Shown: positions 28,575-43,959 of the stretch, one piece after another
How positions within the stretch are numbered: the first letter of the stretch is position 1
How the letters are laid out: every line of letters begins with the position of its first letter
Origin: Eledone cirrhosa
Lineage: Eukaryota
DNA length: 64,000 nt
NCBI GenBank assembly: GCA_964016885.1
Contig: OZ024742.1
Location: 171,120,001 to 171,184,000, forward strand
Direction: 5' to 3'
The notes under the pieces: model-generated
The model's input: only the letters and a program-made list of their open reading frames with translations
What the model was told of the DNA's origin: nothing
Database searches by the model: none
Position numbers and translations under genes: made by a program

Positions 28575-30616
28575 ATGAAAATGATAACCGGAATCAAATT
28601 TGTAAACGGAAGGAAAAACGAACTGCAACAGGAGATTACAACTCTACTCGACAACTTAAGAAATACCAAAGGAATTATTATAAAGGCAGACAAAACATCG
28701 AATCTATATACCCTAGATGTAGAAATATATAATAATTTTATACGTAAGGAATTACATACGAAGTACAAAAAAACAAACGCAACTACACTAACCAACATTA
28801 ATTACGCAGCATGTGATATTGTTAAGAAACTGAAAATCGACGACAGAACGGAACCCTTATCTCCAGCTACACCGACTTTTAATTTGAAGGACCATAAGGC
28901 TAACTTCGATACTAACCCTAAAATTAGATTGATATGTCCTTCAAAATCTGATATAGGTAGAATCAGTAAGTACATATTAGATCGTATTATCCCTCAAGTT
29001 AAGGCTAAGGTAGATATTAAATTATGGGGTAATACTCAACAGGCAATAAGTTGGTTCAATAACATCAGTGACAAAAACAAATCTTCTTTTATTCAATTCG
29101 ATATAGATGAATACTATTCCTCTATTTCACCTGAAACTCTGCATAAGGCCCTCTCATTCGCTAAGGCTAACTCAGACCTCACAAACGAGGATATTAATAT
29201 TATACTTGAAGCTAGACGCACAGTAGTCCATTTTGAAAATAGTTATTGGGTCCGCAGAGATAGACCCTCGGAATTTGACATTACGATGGGTTCTAATGAT
29301 TCGGCGGAAGTGACGGATTTGGTTGGAATCTATATAGCTCACAAACTCCAGAGCGAATTTATTGACCTCCACGGCGGAATCTACCGTGATGATGCACTCC
29401 TATTAGTCAAAAATATGAACAAACAAAACCTAGAAAGGCGACGTAAAAACATTAGAAAACTTTTCTTAGAACTAGGACTTAGTATTACCTTCGAACACAA
29501 TCTTAAAGTGGTCAATTTCTTGGATGTCACCTTCAACCTTAATAACGGTAATATAAAGCCATTTCACGAACTTAATGAAAATCTAAAGTACGTTAATGTA
29601 AGATCGAACCATCCCCATTCCATTATTAAATCTATCCCTAAAAATATATTCATAAGGACCTCCCGACTATCGTCTAATTTGAAGACCTTCAACGAGCATG
29701 CTGAGTATTATAACGACGCACTTAGAAAAGCTGGTTACTGCGAGAAAATAGAATATCTAGAAGATAACCACATAGGTACTATGAATAAATCACATCTAAG
29801 TCGAACTAGTATTGCACCACACAGACACATTAATAGGCATAATAATAGGTGCAAACCTACAAATAGAGTTAGACGTAGAGAGTACATATGGTATAACCCC
29901 GTGTACAATATTTCTATTAGCACTAAGATTATCTCACAATTCTATACACTGATCAATAAACACTTTACAACTTCACATAAATACTATAAAATCTTAAACT
30001 CGCGCACCATTAGACTCTCATACTCCACTGCACCTAACATAGAACAACTAATTAAAAATCTCAACTCAACAATACTAAATAAGTACATCCCTAATGACAC
30101 AGCGCACCAGCATAGCGACATACAACGCACCAACACGCAGCTACAACCCCACCAAACTATCCAGGATACTACTGCAAAACATAAAAATAACTGTAACTGC
30201 ACTAAACCAGGTTCGTGCCCATTGAATAACCAATGCCTAACACGCAATATTGTCTACCGATGTACAATAAATTCCGGAACCAACAAATGGTATTACGTCG
30301 GATGTACCGCAACATCTTTCAAAGCTCGCCTATACCAACATCGATCCTCGATCAAGCATGAGAAAATGCGCTCCGTAACAACCCTCGCCGATAAAGCCTG
30401 GCAGCTTCGGAAGAACAATCAAGCATTCTCCCTTAATTGGCAAATTATTGTATGGCGCCAGCATATAAGCAAAATCAACGATTTTGGAAATTATGCAATA
30501 TGGAGATATACTGCATTTTAACGTCGGAAAACAAACTTTTGAACAGCAAAATTGAACGTTCACTTTACTGTAACCATCGTTTAAAAACGACTTTTTCTTT
30601 TTTTAAATGCATGTAA
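28575..30616 (+). pseudogene. PLE RT-GIY-YIG polyprotein; frameshift at about 30450
   Basis: KADKT, IQFDIDEYYSSI, ITMGSNDSAE, YRDD (29382-29393), FLDV, CNC..CPL..C, IVY/YVG; after the shift it continues APAYK...KLCNME...LLNSKIE...CNHR to TAA at 30614-30616. Confidence 0.9.
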
Positions 30617-31045
30617 TGTTATCTCTTTACACCACCATTTGCAAATTGTTATTATTTTTATTTCATATTTTTATATGTTTATACACACGATATGGCTTTT
30701 TATATTAATAGCACTAAACACTGTTTTTTAGACCCCTTTAGAAATATCCAGCTACTATAATAGCCCCAATAACTTGTCTATAATTCTGTACTACATTGAC
30801 CCCTTTAACTAAATTTTGTCCAAACAACACCACTAGAAGAATTTACTTCCCCCGCCAACCCTAACACGCCTCATTTAACTAACTGCTGCCAAAACATTTT
30901 CTTCTATACAATCTCTACTACTCTGACAGTCTTGAATCCTAAGACTACCTCCCCCCTTACTCGCTTCCCTCTTCCTCTTCCCTTCCTACCTCCTACTTTC
31001 TCACATATCTAGTGTATAAAATATCCTCCTATCATTCTACCATAA

Positions 31046-31162
31046 AGGTCTGACGACATGGTGTGTCCTCTTACAGTGTACCTACGATTTATGATAATAT
31101 TTTTATATTATACAAATAGCGAGGTATAGGTAACCCACACACAATAGAAACAATTGTTACCT
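31046..31162 (+). ncRNA. Hammerhead ribozyme with a long stem II insertion in the PLE 3' pLTR
   Basis: AGGT CTGACGA catggtgtgt...acacacaata GAAA CAATTG TT ACCT. Confidence 0.72.
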
Positions 31163-31446
31163 AATTAATTCTTTATACCCGCATTTCCGTTTCATAAACT
31201 TCTTTTCATATTTTTTCCGGATTTTAAAGCATATTTTATTATACGTTGAGCATTCTCCGACGTCGGTTGACTCCATCCACTGCGACTACCTAGTAACATT
31301 GGAGTACAGATTTATATATATATATATATATATTTATATATACATACAATCTATATATACACATATGTATATATAAATATATATATATATATACATACAT
31401 ATATATATACATATATATATACATATATATATGTATATATATATAG

Positions 31447-32066
31447 CTGCGATGAATTAGCTTTGCGAGGTTTTTATATGAAATCGTGTGTCGAAACAAA
31501 TATTGTTATACTTGGGGAGGGTCATATTTGTGTAATATTGCCAGAATTAATAACAGAACACACTCACTGTTTGGTTGGTTTTCTTTTCTCGCTTCTGTGT
31601 CTTTTTTATCGGTAATCTAACTTACTCGGTCCTCAATGTTGCCATTGACTGACCGACGGTCAAAAATAATACAGATACAATATAGACACAAACACATATA
31701 TATAGTTTATCATAAATCTTTCGTTGCACATCTGCAACATCGTCAGTGGTATTATCGTTTCCTCCTGTTGTATTGTATGTCTACGCCATTTTTATTCAGT
31801 CTGTCTATATATTTCTTTATTTATTTGCTTGTTTGTTTATTTTATTTTGTCTTCTTTGCACATGCGTTTGCGTGTGTGTATAGTGTTTTGTTTGCTGTGT
31901 GATGGGTGACTAGTGTGTGTTTATGTGCTTGTTGTTATTGTGCTTGTGTGTGTATTTATTTATTTATTTATTTAGATTACACAGAAGCGAGAAGCGAAAA
32001 CCAACCAAATAGTGAGTGTGTTCTGTTATTAATTCTGGGAATATTACACAAATATGACCCTCCCCA
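31447..32066. mobile_element. pLTR-like insert with convergent inverted repeat (31514-31600 vs 31979-32066)
   Basis: tggggagggtcatatttgtgtaatatt...cgcttctgtgt and its reverse complement; upstream GAAA CAAATATTG TT ribozyme half. Confidence 0.6.
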
Positions 32067-33420
<1,354 letters not shown>

Positions 33421-34027
33421 TCAGGTCACCAGTTGGTGCTACTGGTAACATGTATCCCAGTACAACCTGTCTCATGGTCGGGTCGTTGGCGACTAAACTG
33501 GCAACCCCACCAAGGTTTCTTGGTGAGGAGGGTGACTTTGGACATCCTGCAGGACTAAAAACAAAACCTGTCAAAGGGCAAGGGAGCTCTTAAGAGTCAA
33601 TAGCCATCCAAAATCACCGGGAGAGATGACCCCTTAGCCTTTGTCAAGGCAGAATTCTAGGAGAAGGAAAACTCTGATATAACACCTGCAATCCTGATGG
33701 TATCCAATGATGTTGACCTGTTCTTCTTTTTGGTAAATATCATCTTGGTTAAGAGAGTGGGACTGGCTTTGTGCAGTGCCTTTGCTCACTATAAAAGCTT
33801 CACAGCACAGGCATTGCTTTATATCTGGAGATCTCTCTGCACTTGTCATCACATGGTACCATGGGCCCTGCACTATGTGTCAATAATGGTCACAAGTGTA
33901 GTCTTTGTACCAGAGTTTTCAAGTCGCTGGCTGGACTAAAGTCACATTCGTTCAGCGCATCGGTAGGGGTTCTCCTACATGGATATAAAGTAGTGGCCGT
34001 ACTCGAAAACGAGTTGGCAGCCACCAT
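33421..34027 (+). mobile_element. Bipartite non-autonomous RTE (BovB-like 5' UTR joined to a zinc-finger 3' end)
   Basis: ctaggagaaggaaaactctga 5' UTR motif; CSLCTRVFKSLAGLKSH remnant; partial copies at 43460-43800 and 59821-60080. Confidence 0.65.
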
Positions 34028-34149
34028 GTTTGTATATATATGTGTGTGTGTATGAGTCCCGGGTTGAATCGGGATTAACCACAGTAAGAAAATCCTCAAT
34101 TCATTAGTAGAGTGTAAACATCAAGTTTAATATAGAAATGACTTGTACA

Positions 34150-34492
34150 TGGTGGCACAAGGCTTAGTGGTTAGAGCATTGGCCTTGCAATCGAAAGGTT
34201 GTGAGTTCAATTCTCGGACCGGGTGATGTGTTGTTTCCTTGAGCAAGACACCTTATTTCGCATTGCTCCAGTTTACTCAGTTGTAGAAATGAGATGATAG
34301 GGACCCCAGTCCCTATCATTCCACTGTAAAGTGCTCGTGGAGGTGCCACGGCAAAAAAGCACCCAGCACTCACTGTAAATGAGGTTTGTGTTAGGAAGGG
34401 CATCCATCTATAGAAATCAAGCCAGAATCAGTTCCCGTCCCACCCTTGCAAGCAGGGAAAAGCCGACATAAAATGAAATGATGATGATGATG
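34150..34492 (+). mobile_element. SINE family B, full length
   Basis: tRNA head and RTE tail. Confidence 0.88.
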
Positions 34493-34547
34493 ACTCATGT
34501 AGAAGCCAATTCTATATTAAAGTTGACATATATATATATATATATAT

Positions 34548-35116
<569 letters not shown>

Positions 35117-36578
35117 GTATATATATATATACATATATGAGTAGCGTCTGCAATCCCTGTCAACCAAATTCTACTTATGATATATTGATCAACCAGAGGC
35201 TGTAGTAGAAGACACTCCTCCTAGGTGCTTCACGGTTTGACTGAATTCACAAGCCTGTTTTGCTGAAGGAAACACCATAACCATACAGCCATACCTGCAT
35301 GTTCAAATATGAAAGATTGCTTGCTACTAGGTCAGAAGTAAACTCTAATAGAGTAGACAACTAAATAAAACAACGATAATATTACTTTAGTTAGAATATT
35401 ATAAAGATCATTTTAAATTATTTGTGGTGTAATTGATTTTGTAGTTTTTACAATCCACCCCGTATTTTTAAATTTGAAATTTCTAGATGACAAAATTGAG
35501 CTGTTTTCACAAAATGAAATTTGAGCAGTGTGTATACATTGGAAAAAGTAGAAGAATGTAATAAAATATCATCCAAAAATTGAAACTCAAAAACCAAAAT
35601 ACAAACATAATGGAAAACTAAATTACTTTGCTCTCATTGAAAAAAAATAAGAATAATCAATTTTAATCTCAAATATGGTTTCTTTAATATTGAATGTCAA
35701 TTTTAGTAAGAATAGACGTTTCAATGAAAAAAAAGTAGTTTAATAATTTAAACTTTTTGTAAACCTTTTCTTCTGATTTAGTTTCATGAATATATTTTAG
35801 CTTTATTGGTTTGAGAATTTGACCTGAAATGTCCCCCCCCTCCCCTCCTAAAAAAAAATAAAACCAAATAAAAAATAATACTGGGATATAGGATAGGGTG
35901 GTTGATTAAGAAAAATCTAAAATTCTTAAATTGAAATTTTCATGCTTGCTTGAAAAATATCTCAATTTTGCCATTAATATTTCTTGATTTATTTTGGTAT
36001 TTACTGATAATCTGAAGAGAAGGGGGTATAAGCCATAGATCTTTTGCTAACTTTTCTTTTTTACACTGGGGAATGAATATAATAAATAAGTGTGTTTTGT
36101 GTAGCTAATGTTGAACTGTTGTGCTATATTGACAAAGGTAGAGGGTTTAAGATCAAATATTGACAGAGGAAGAAAGAGAGAGATTAAACAAAGAGAAATA
36201 TTTTTTTACATATTAGTTAATGCTCTTTTCCAGCCTCAAAGAGATGCAGGGTTTGATTCCTTGCAGATGACTCTGTCCAAATTCTTCTGTCGCCAGAAAT
36301 AATTTGCCTGATTTTCTTAAGTGTTTCTTATTGTGATTCATTATCATTATGGTCGTTTATGTTGGAACAAACACATTTCAAATATATATATAGAGAGAGA
36401 GAGTCTACAGTGCTGAGACCAAGGAGAACACTAATCATGTGAGTACTTGATACATGGGGAGATGTAGCGTGAGTATAGAGATGTTTCAAATCCAGGCTCT
36501 CTCTCTTTCTCTCTCTGTATATCATCATCATCATCATCATCATCATTTTACGTCCGCTTTTCCCTGCTTGCAAGGGTG

Positions 36579-36610
<32 letters not shown>

Positions 36611-36613
<3 letters not shown>

Positions 36614-36821
36614 AAGTATTTCCATAGAAAAGGTAAAGGAAAGAAGAATGCTATTTAATTATATAATAAACAACACAATATAATTATTCCATTACCAAAG
36701 GTTTCAGGAGACTAGACAATGCTTACATAAACGTCCAGCTCGTTCATCTGATGAACGAGCTGGACGTTTCTGTAAGGATCGTAATGGAATAATTATATTG
36801 TGTTGTTTATTGTGTAATTAA

Positions 36822-36824
<3 letters not shown>
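36611..36824. mobile_element. Fold-back pLTR element centred on the hammerhead core
   Basis: gttcatc-t-gatgaac, centre 36749; minus strand continues GAGCTGGAC...GTCTAGTCTC..GAAA CCTTTGG TA. Confidence 0.7.
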
Positions 36825-36902
<78 letters not shown>

Positions 36903-37787
36903 ACAATGAAAACAAAACAAAAGTCAGAGATAGGTAGTTAATTAGTTCATTGTTTTACGAAATCGATATATCAACTATTAGGTAGTGGTTATGTTGCTAC
37001 CTGTTTCTAGTCTCGAAAGCACTGTCATCATAAATGACTATATAACTTGAGCAGATTCTTCAAGGAAACCTTATGTGACAAGCAACTATCACAAAAACTA
37101 TAATACTCACTACCTAATCTCGCAAAAACTATCTATTCAAAGTCTCATTGAGTTTTAAAGATGGTATTGGTCACATGACAAACTTACGCACCCTTTCTCA
37201 CTTCATACTGGAATTCAAGTAAACTAAAAACATAGTTTTAGTGCTTATGTATATGGGCTGATTAGCCTCATTTGTATATTGAATAATATAGGATATGTTT
37301 ACAAATAAAGATTTGAATGCATTTAGCTATGAATTTTAAAGGTGGTGACTGATACCATCTACTTTGTTCCATCAGAAGCAAGAAGGAAGCAACTACGAGT
37401 GTGTGTAGTGTATTTAGTAATTTTGTGTAGAAAAGCACCCGGTATCTACTGTAAAGTGGTTGGCAATAGAAAAAGGTATTCAGTCAGAGAAACTATGCCA
37501 AATATGGAACCTATGACCAATATGAGGCTGTTGTAGTCCATCTGGTCTAAGATAGTGACAAACTGTCCAACGCATACTCAGTGTGGAAAGTGGATATTGA
37601 TGATGACGTTGATGATGATGATGACGAAGATGATAATAGTATATATATATGGCAATATGTTTGCCACAATGCAGGTAATGATAAGTATTATAGTTGAAAA
37701 TATTGGATAGGGATTTCTGGGCATCTGAAACCATGCATCTCAAGTATGAGAGTATAACAGTTATAATTCAAATCTGTGTGGAGTAGA

Positions 37788-38134
37788 TCATCATCATTAT
37801 CATCATCATCATTTTACGTCCGCTTTTTCCATGCTTGCAAGGATGGGACGAGAACTGATTCTGGCTTGATTTCTACAGCTGGATGCCCTTCCTAACACCA
37901 ACCTCATTTACAGTGAGTGCTGGGTGCTTTTTTGCCGTGGCACCTCCACGCCCACTTTGCAGTGGAATGATAGGGACCCCAGTCCCTATCATCTCATTTC
38001 TACAGCTGAGTAAACTGGAGCAATGTGAAATAAAGTGTCTTGCTCAAGGAAACAACACATCACCCGGTCTGAGAACTGAACTCACAATCTTTCGATTGCA
38101 AGGCCAATGCTCTAACCACTAAGCCATGTTCCTC
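37788..38134 (-). mobile_element. SINE family B, full length
   Basis: Near-identical to 34548-34886. Confidence 0.88.
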
Positions 38135-38619
38135 AATATACATATTTATACCTGATTCTCCAGCTTTGAAACATATTTGTATATATCACTATATTGACAC
38201 GCACACACACACTCACTCACTCCCTCCCTCACTCACTCCTTCACTCATTCACTCTCTCCATCACTCAGTCACTCTCTCTCTCTCTCTCTATTTATCTATC
38301 TCTTTATCTCCAGAAAGATGTAGTAATCAAGAATTGAATACAGTGTTTTACAGCGGGATTGAACATTTTCACGATATCCACAAGAAAGAATTATTACTAT
38401 TAAAACCCCTGTCTACTTTTATCTAAATCAGTAGGATAAAGTGGTAGAATGTGGCTCTGTGCACTTCTGAAATAAATTTTAACTTTATCATTTAACTATT
38501 TAACTTTCAACGTCATGTAGTAATTTAGCAGAAAATATCTAAAACCGTTTTCTTAAATTCAAATGTTTATAGTATCTTTACTATTGCTGTATTAGATTAA
38601 AGACTGAAACTTTGAATGG

Positions 38620-38800
38620 GATTGCAGGGTGAAGAAGTGCCAGGAAAGGACCTGGGCATTGTTGGTGAGAGCTGACCTCAAATCACTGAGACTCACAGAG
38701 AAAATGAAAGAACGTGGCAAGTGGAGAAATGCTAAGCTGAGAAGGACCCATCCAACCCATGTAAGCATAGAAAAACATGTAAAAACAATGATGATGATAG
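38620..38800 (+). mobile_element. Degenerate RTE 3' end
   Basis: VKKCQE..TW..VRADLKSLRLTE; ATG tail. Confidence 0.7.
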
Positions 38801-40469
38801 TGCTGTTATATACGTTTCAAGAATGTCTTGCTAATGTTGTTTCAGTTTGTTAATTCAAATGTTTATAGTTTCTTTATTAGTGGACAGATCATTGTGAACA
38901 TCTGCAGTATTAAAGTAAACTTTATAATATTTAATTTGATGCAGTCACAGTGTTGTTTTGTACTTTTCAAGAATGTCTTGCTAATGTGGTTTCATCTTGT
39001 ACAAGATGTTGTGAATCAAACAAGAGGTAAGGCAAAGTCCATGAATTTTTTGCAGGTCCTCCAAAACTGTTAGGGGGCAGAGAGAGAAAAGTATCCACTG
39101 TGGCGACATAGCTAGAAGACTGGCAACTGAATGACTTCACTCCCAAGGGCCATGTGGTGATGTTACACTAGATACCATATAATGTCTACCACCATAATGG
39201 GATGTTGGATGAATCTGAACGCACAACACAAAGAACCAGAACAAATATTAAAATGTATTCTATGTGATGTATTCTAGGTAATAGCCCAGTACCCAAACTG
39301 GGTACTTTATTTATGAACCTTGAACAATGAAAGTAAATTTTCATTAAGAGTCAGTAAATACTGTAAAACACCTCAAACAATGCTCTAATTCTTCTGCCAC
39401 TCCATGAGAAACACTGAACTGATGTGGCCTAGTGGTTAGAGTGTTGGACTCATGATCATAACATTGAGGATTTGATTCTAGATCAGTCAGTGCATAGTGA
39501 TCTTGAGTTTAAGAGTTACATCCAAATAGCTTTAGATGTAACTAAAACATTTTTTAATATAAACTATCAAAGCTTTGGGTAGACTTGAAATTAATAGGAA
39601 ATGTAGGAATTCCAAATGCAGATTTTAACTGTAACCACAGTAAATTGTTATCGATAATAGCTTAGAATATCGGCAAGAATACTCCCATAGACAGAAAAAA
39701 TGGCCAGCAGCTGCTACAAAGTATCAATCTCCACACCTCTCAAATTCAGTCAGAATTCATCATTAGCAGTTTTATATCTATTTTCTATGCTGGGATGGGT
39801 TAGACAGTTTGTCACATTTTGAAATTTGACAGGTCAGATGACCATGTCTTGCTCATACATTCCATTTTGGCATAGTTTCTACAGAGAATGAAACTCCATA
39901 CCCTTCAAATTTCTGCATTGTGCTGTATGTAGTTACATATCTTTATATTCTGAATTCAAATCTCACCAGTGTGAAACTCAAGTACTGGTAATTTCTCTAA
40001 TTTGACTATTTCCTTCAATTCTGAATTTATAGACATGCATCTAAGTTGAGAAATATATGCATTATGGTAGGATGATGCTAGACATTTTCTGATTGCTTCA
40101 TTGTTGCCATATGCAGTTTTGCATATGGAGATGCAGACAGGTGCATGACAGAAAATGTTATTTTGATATATGTACAATTGGATTTTTGTAGTATCTTAGT
40201 TTTGAATATATGTTCCTGTATGAATCTTAGTGCATGTGTCTGAACATATGTACAAGCCTGTGTATATGTATGCTTGTGTGTGACTTTGTGAATGCATGTG
40301 TAAGCATGCGTGTGTGTGTGTGTGCCTATGTGTATATAGGGAATATATGCAAAAGTATGTGTGCTTGTGGGCTTGTGTGTAGATGTGTGAGCATATGTGA
40401 ATGAAGAAATGTATGCATGTGTAAGTACTTGTGTGTTGGTGCATGTGTGTAAATGATTGCAAATGTGAA

Positions 40470-40573
<104 letters not shown>

Positions 40574-40916
40574 CATGTGTAAGCACCTGTGAGCATATAT
40601 GAATGCATGTGTAATCAGAAACACCACCACAACCACCATCATCATCATTTAATGTCCGTTTTCCCTGCTAGCAAGAAGCACTTGTTTGCATGTATGTTAT
40701 CATGTTTGTACATGTGTGCATGTGCACATGTGTGTGTACTAGTGTGTGTACATGTGTCTTTGTGTGTACATATGTGTAGGCATGTGTGTGCATGTATGTG
40801 TAAATGCAACAACATTTATGATTATATTTCTATCTTCATCCATTATGAAATATATGACTAATGGTACATGTCATGTATATATTGCAGCATGCACTTAAGA
40901 AACTTACATATGGAGA

Positions 40917-40975
<59 letters not shown>

Positions 40976-41042
40976 ATATATATATATGTATATATATGTA
41001 TATATATGTGTGTGTATATATATATATGTATATATATGTATA

Positions 41043-41094
<52 letters not shown>

Positions 41095-41379
41095 CAGATA
41101 CTCACCTACTGAATACACATATAGTATGTTCACAGGTAAGTAAGTATGCATATAAACATGGATTATGGATGTATAGATGTATGTATGTACATGTGTTTGT
41201 AAGTATGTATGTATGTAGGTATGCACATATGTATGTATGTTTGTGTATGGATACGGATATTTGTATATTAATATGTACATATGTACTTGTGTATGTGAAA
41301 TCATTCAACATCTATACATATATATATATATATATACATGTTTGTGTACATAATTTGATAAACTAAAATAACAAAGCAA

Positions 41380-41780
41380 CACTAACTCCAACACCAACAC
41401 CAACACCAACTCCAACACTAACAAGAATCACCAACACTAAGACCAACACCAATATCATCACCAACTCCATCACAATACCAACACCATGACTAACACTATC
41501 ACCAACAGCAGCACCAGCACTATCACCATCATCAACAACACCAACACCAACAGTATCACAAACATTCATAACCACACCAAAACCAACACCTACACCAGCA
41601 CTAACACTCCCAACTACACCAGCATCAACAACACCAACACCAACAGCAACACCTACACCAGCACCAGCACTGATAACCACACCAACATCAATAACAGCAT
41701 CTACACCAACACTAACACCCACAACAACCCCCCAAACACACAACATCAATGACACCAACACCAACACAAACACCAACATA
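41380..41780. repeat. Degenerate (ACACCA)n low-complexity tract
   Basis: Direct reading. Confidence 0.85.
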
Positions 41781-42255
41781 TATTCATTTATATTTTCCGC
41801 AATATTACAAACTCCAATGAATTACAATGAAATATTCTATGGGTTATTTTTCACTCAGTAAACCCATGCTGCTATTAGCAACCTCCATTCTGCCCTGGGT
41901 CTTTCTCTTTTGGTTTTTCCATTCCATTACCAACAATGTTTCATTACAAGTTTTATGTTCTTATTATAGTTTTGCCATTTTCTCATCAACTCAAGCCTAC
42001 ATGTAATGACAGGAAAATGGCGGTAGAAATTTTTTAGTAACTGGTAACTGAATGTGTGAAATATATTTCTGCTGAAAACTTATTTATTTGATATAATATA
42101 TGATTCTCATCATTGCTTCATCAGCAAATTTACGAATAGGAAATATAAGAAAATATACATAATATATATAGACATAATATATACCTATAATTATATATAT
42201 GCATACATGCAGATATATATATAGCTATATCTACATATCTTTGTACATAGTTATA

Positions 42256-42300
<45 letters not shown>

Positions 42301-42302
<2 letters not shown>

Positions 42303-42539
42303 AGTAAGTATGTTTTGAAACAGTGAGCGAGTTTGAAATTAGAAAATATATAGCTTTCACCGTATTTTTAACTAAAGGAATTTTAGCTTGATAACGGGGT
42401 TTAGAACCCTCAGATAAATGGAAAAAGATGAGTATTGACGTACATGTACGTCAATACTCATCTTTTTCCATTTATCTAAGGGTTCTAAACCCCGTTATCA
42501 AGCTAAAATTCCTTTAGTTAAAAATACGGTGAAAGCTAT

Positions 42540-42551
<12 letters not shown>
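42301..42551. mobile_element. Fold-back palindrome (arms 42338-42551) in (TA)n
   Basis: Near-perfect ~107-bp arms; centre gacgtACATGTacgtc at 42444/42445. Confidence 0.75.
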
Positions 42552-42584
<33 letters not shown>

Positions 42585-42936
42585 GTGGTGGTCGGGTTCA
42601 CCTGATAAATATAGCGAGTGAAGACAATGAGCTTTAATAACTGGCAAGGAGTCAAGTATACCACCACTAGAGACATATTTTTATTAAAAGGTATAAAGAG
42701 GGAAAATTTATGAACATATGATTGTTTACACACGTATACAAAAATATATATACACACACACATACATACATATACACACACAAATACATATATGCACACA
42801 CACATACATACATACACACACATATATATACACACATTTACAGTTGACTTAAGAAGCACTAGAAAACTATGAATATCAAGATATATGTTTCCCAGTGCAA
42901 ATGACCACCATGATAATTGAAAACTATATTTACCAG

Positions 42937-42993
42937 TTAAGAAAAATCGAGGAAAATATCCCTGGAGATGACAAAGAATGGACAGATGTTCCC
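42937..42993 (+). CDS. Candidate host-gene exon (LRKIEENIPGDDKEWTDVP); may begin about 42854
   Basis: ttaccAG acceptor and GTAAGA donor; only one frame open; complex non-repetitive sequence. Confidence 0.35.
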
Positions 42994-43459
42994 GTAAGAA
43001 ATTGGATCTCACCTCTATCCTTTTTTCCCTGTCTCCAAGGCTACTTTGTCCAATTTATTATTTGTAGTAATGAAATAATATTATGGTCATTTGCGTTTAG
43101 ACGCATATATTTCAATATCTATGTCTATTTGTATCTATCTATCTATATGTAAGGGCAATGGATTAACGGTATAGTTAAAACATCAGACATGTTTTAAGGC
43201 ATAGAGTTCTGGCCCTTTATGTTCTGAGTTCAAATTCCACCAACTATAGTGTACATTTAAGATATATATCAAATGAAGTACCACTATATCCAACTTTACT
43301 GTACATTGTTTATATATTGAATGAATACTAATATAGCCAACTATAGTGTACATTGTATATATTTCAAAGGAAATACCAATATACTGAACAATATTCTATA
43401 TTCTATTAAATGCAATACAATATAAAATATAAAGGTGACCACAAAAGTATTGTTTTAGT

Positions 43460-43800
43460 AAATACTGGTAGCATGTAACCCAGTACAACCTGTCATATGG
43501 TTGAGTCGTTGGAGACTAAACTGCTAGTCCCACCAAGTTTGCTTACTATGGAAGGTGATTTTTTAGAAAAAATAAACTTGTCAAAAGGCAGGGGAACTCA
43601 GAAAAGTCAACAGTCATCCAATAGAGTGTAAAAAAACGAGTAGACAGAGCCTTGGTTGTCACTCTGTCTAGGAGAAAGGTCACTCTGATTTCAAAATTAG
43701 GGTAGATGTGACTCCTCCGTTGCCTATGTGATAACCTTTCATGTGGCCAATGGCTTTATCCTTGTGATGAAGAGGGATGAGCTGTAGCCTGGTAACTAGC
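43460..43800 (+). mobile_element. Degenerate RTE 5' UTR fragment
   Basis: Homologous to 33440-33770. Confidence 0.55.
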
Positions 43801-43959
43801 TTCTGAGTATTGGTCAGATAAGAATTTGGGACTCACCAACATCACTTTATCTCGATGAGAATTATGAACATACACTATTATATAGATGAACATTGAAGTA
43901 ATTGTCCATGGACCCTGACCCTCATCAATGAGAGTGGGAAGATGGGAATATAGCCTTCA

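Larger units (their letters stand above)
28424..31310 (+). mobile_element. 5'-truncated Penelope-like retroelement (Naiad-like) with 3' pLTR
   Basis: RT plus C-terminal GIY-YIG ORF, 3' hammerhead, ends in (TA)n; 5' end carries an inverted copy of internal sequence. Confidence 0.9.

Noticed and set aside
34160-34225. tRNA genes
   Set aside because: A/B boxes are SINE heads with no complete cloverleaf and are followed by SINE bodies
36995-37035. Minus-strand ATGATGA...GAAACAGGTA hammerhead-like motif
   Set aside because: Core mutated and stem I does not pair; may be a decayed pLTR but unsupported
38313-38426. Exon after a pyrimidine tract
   Set aside because: The tract is a (CT)n microsatellite; no good donor or homology
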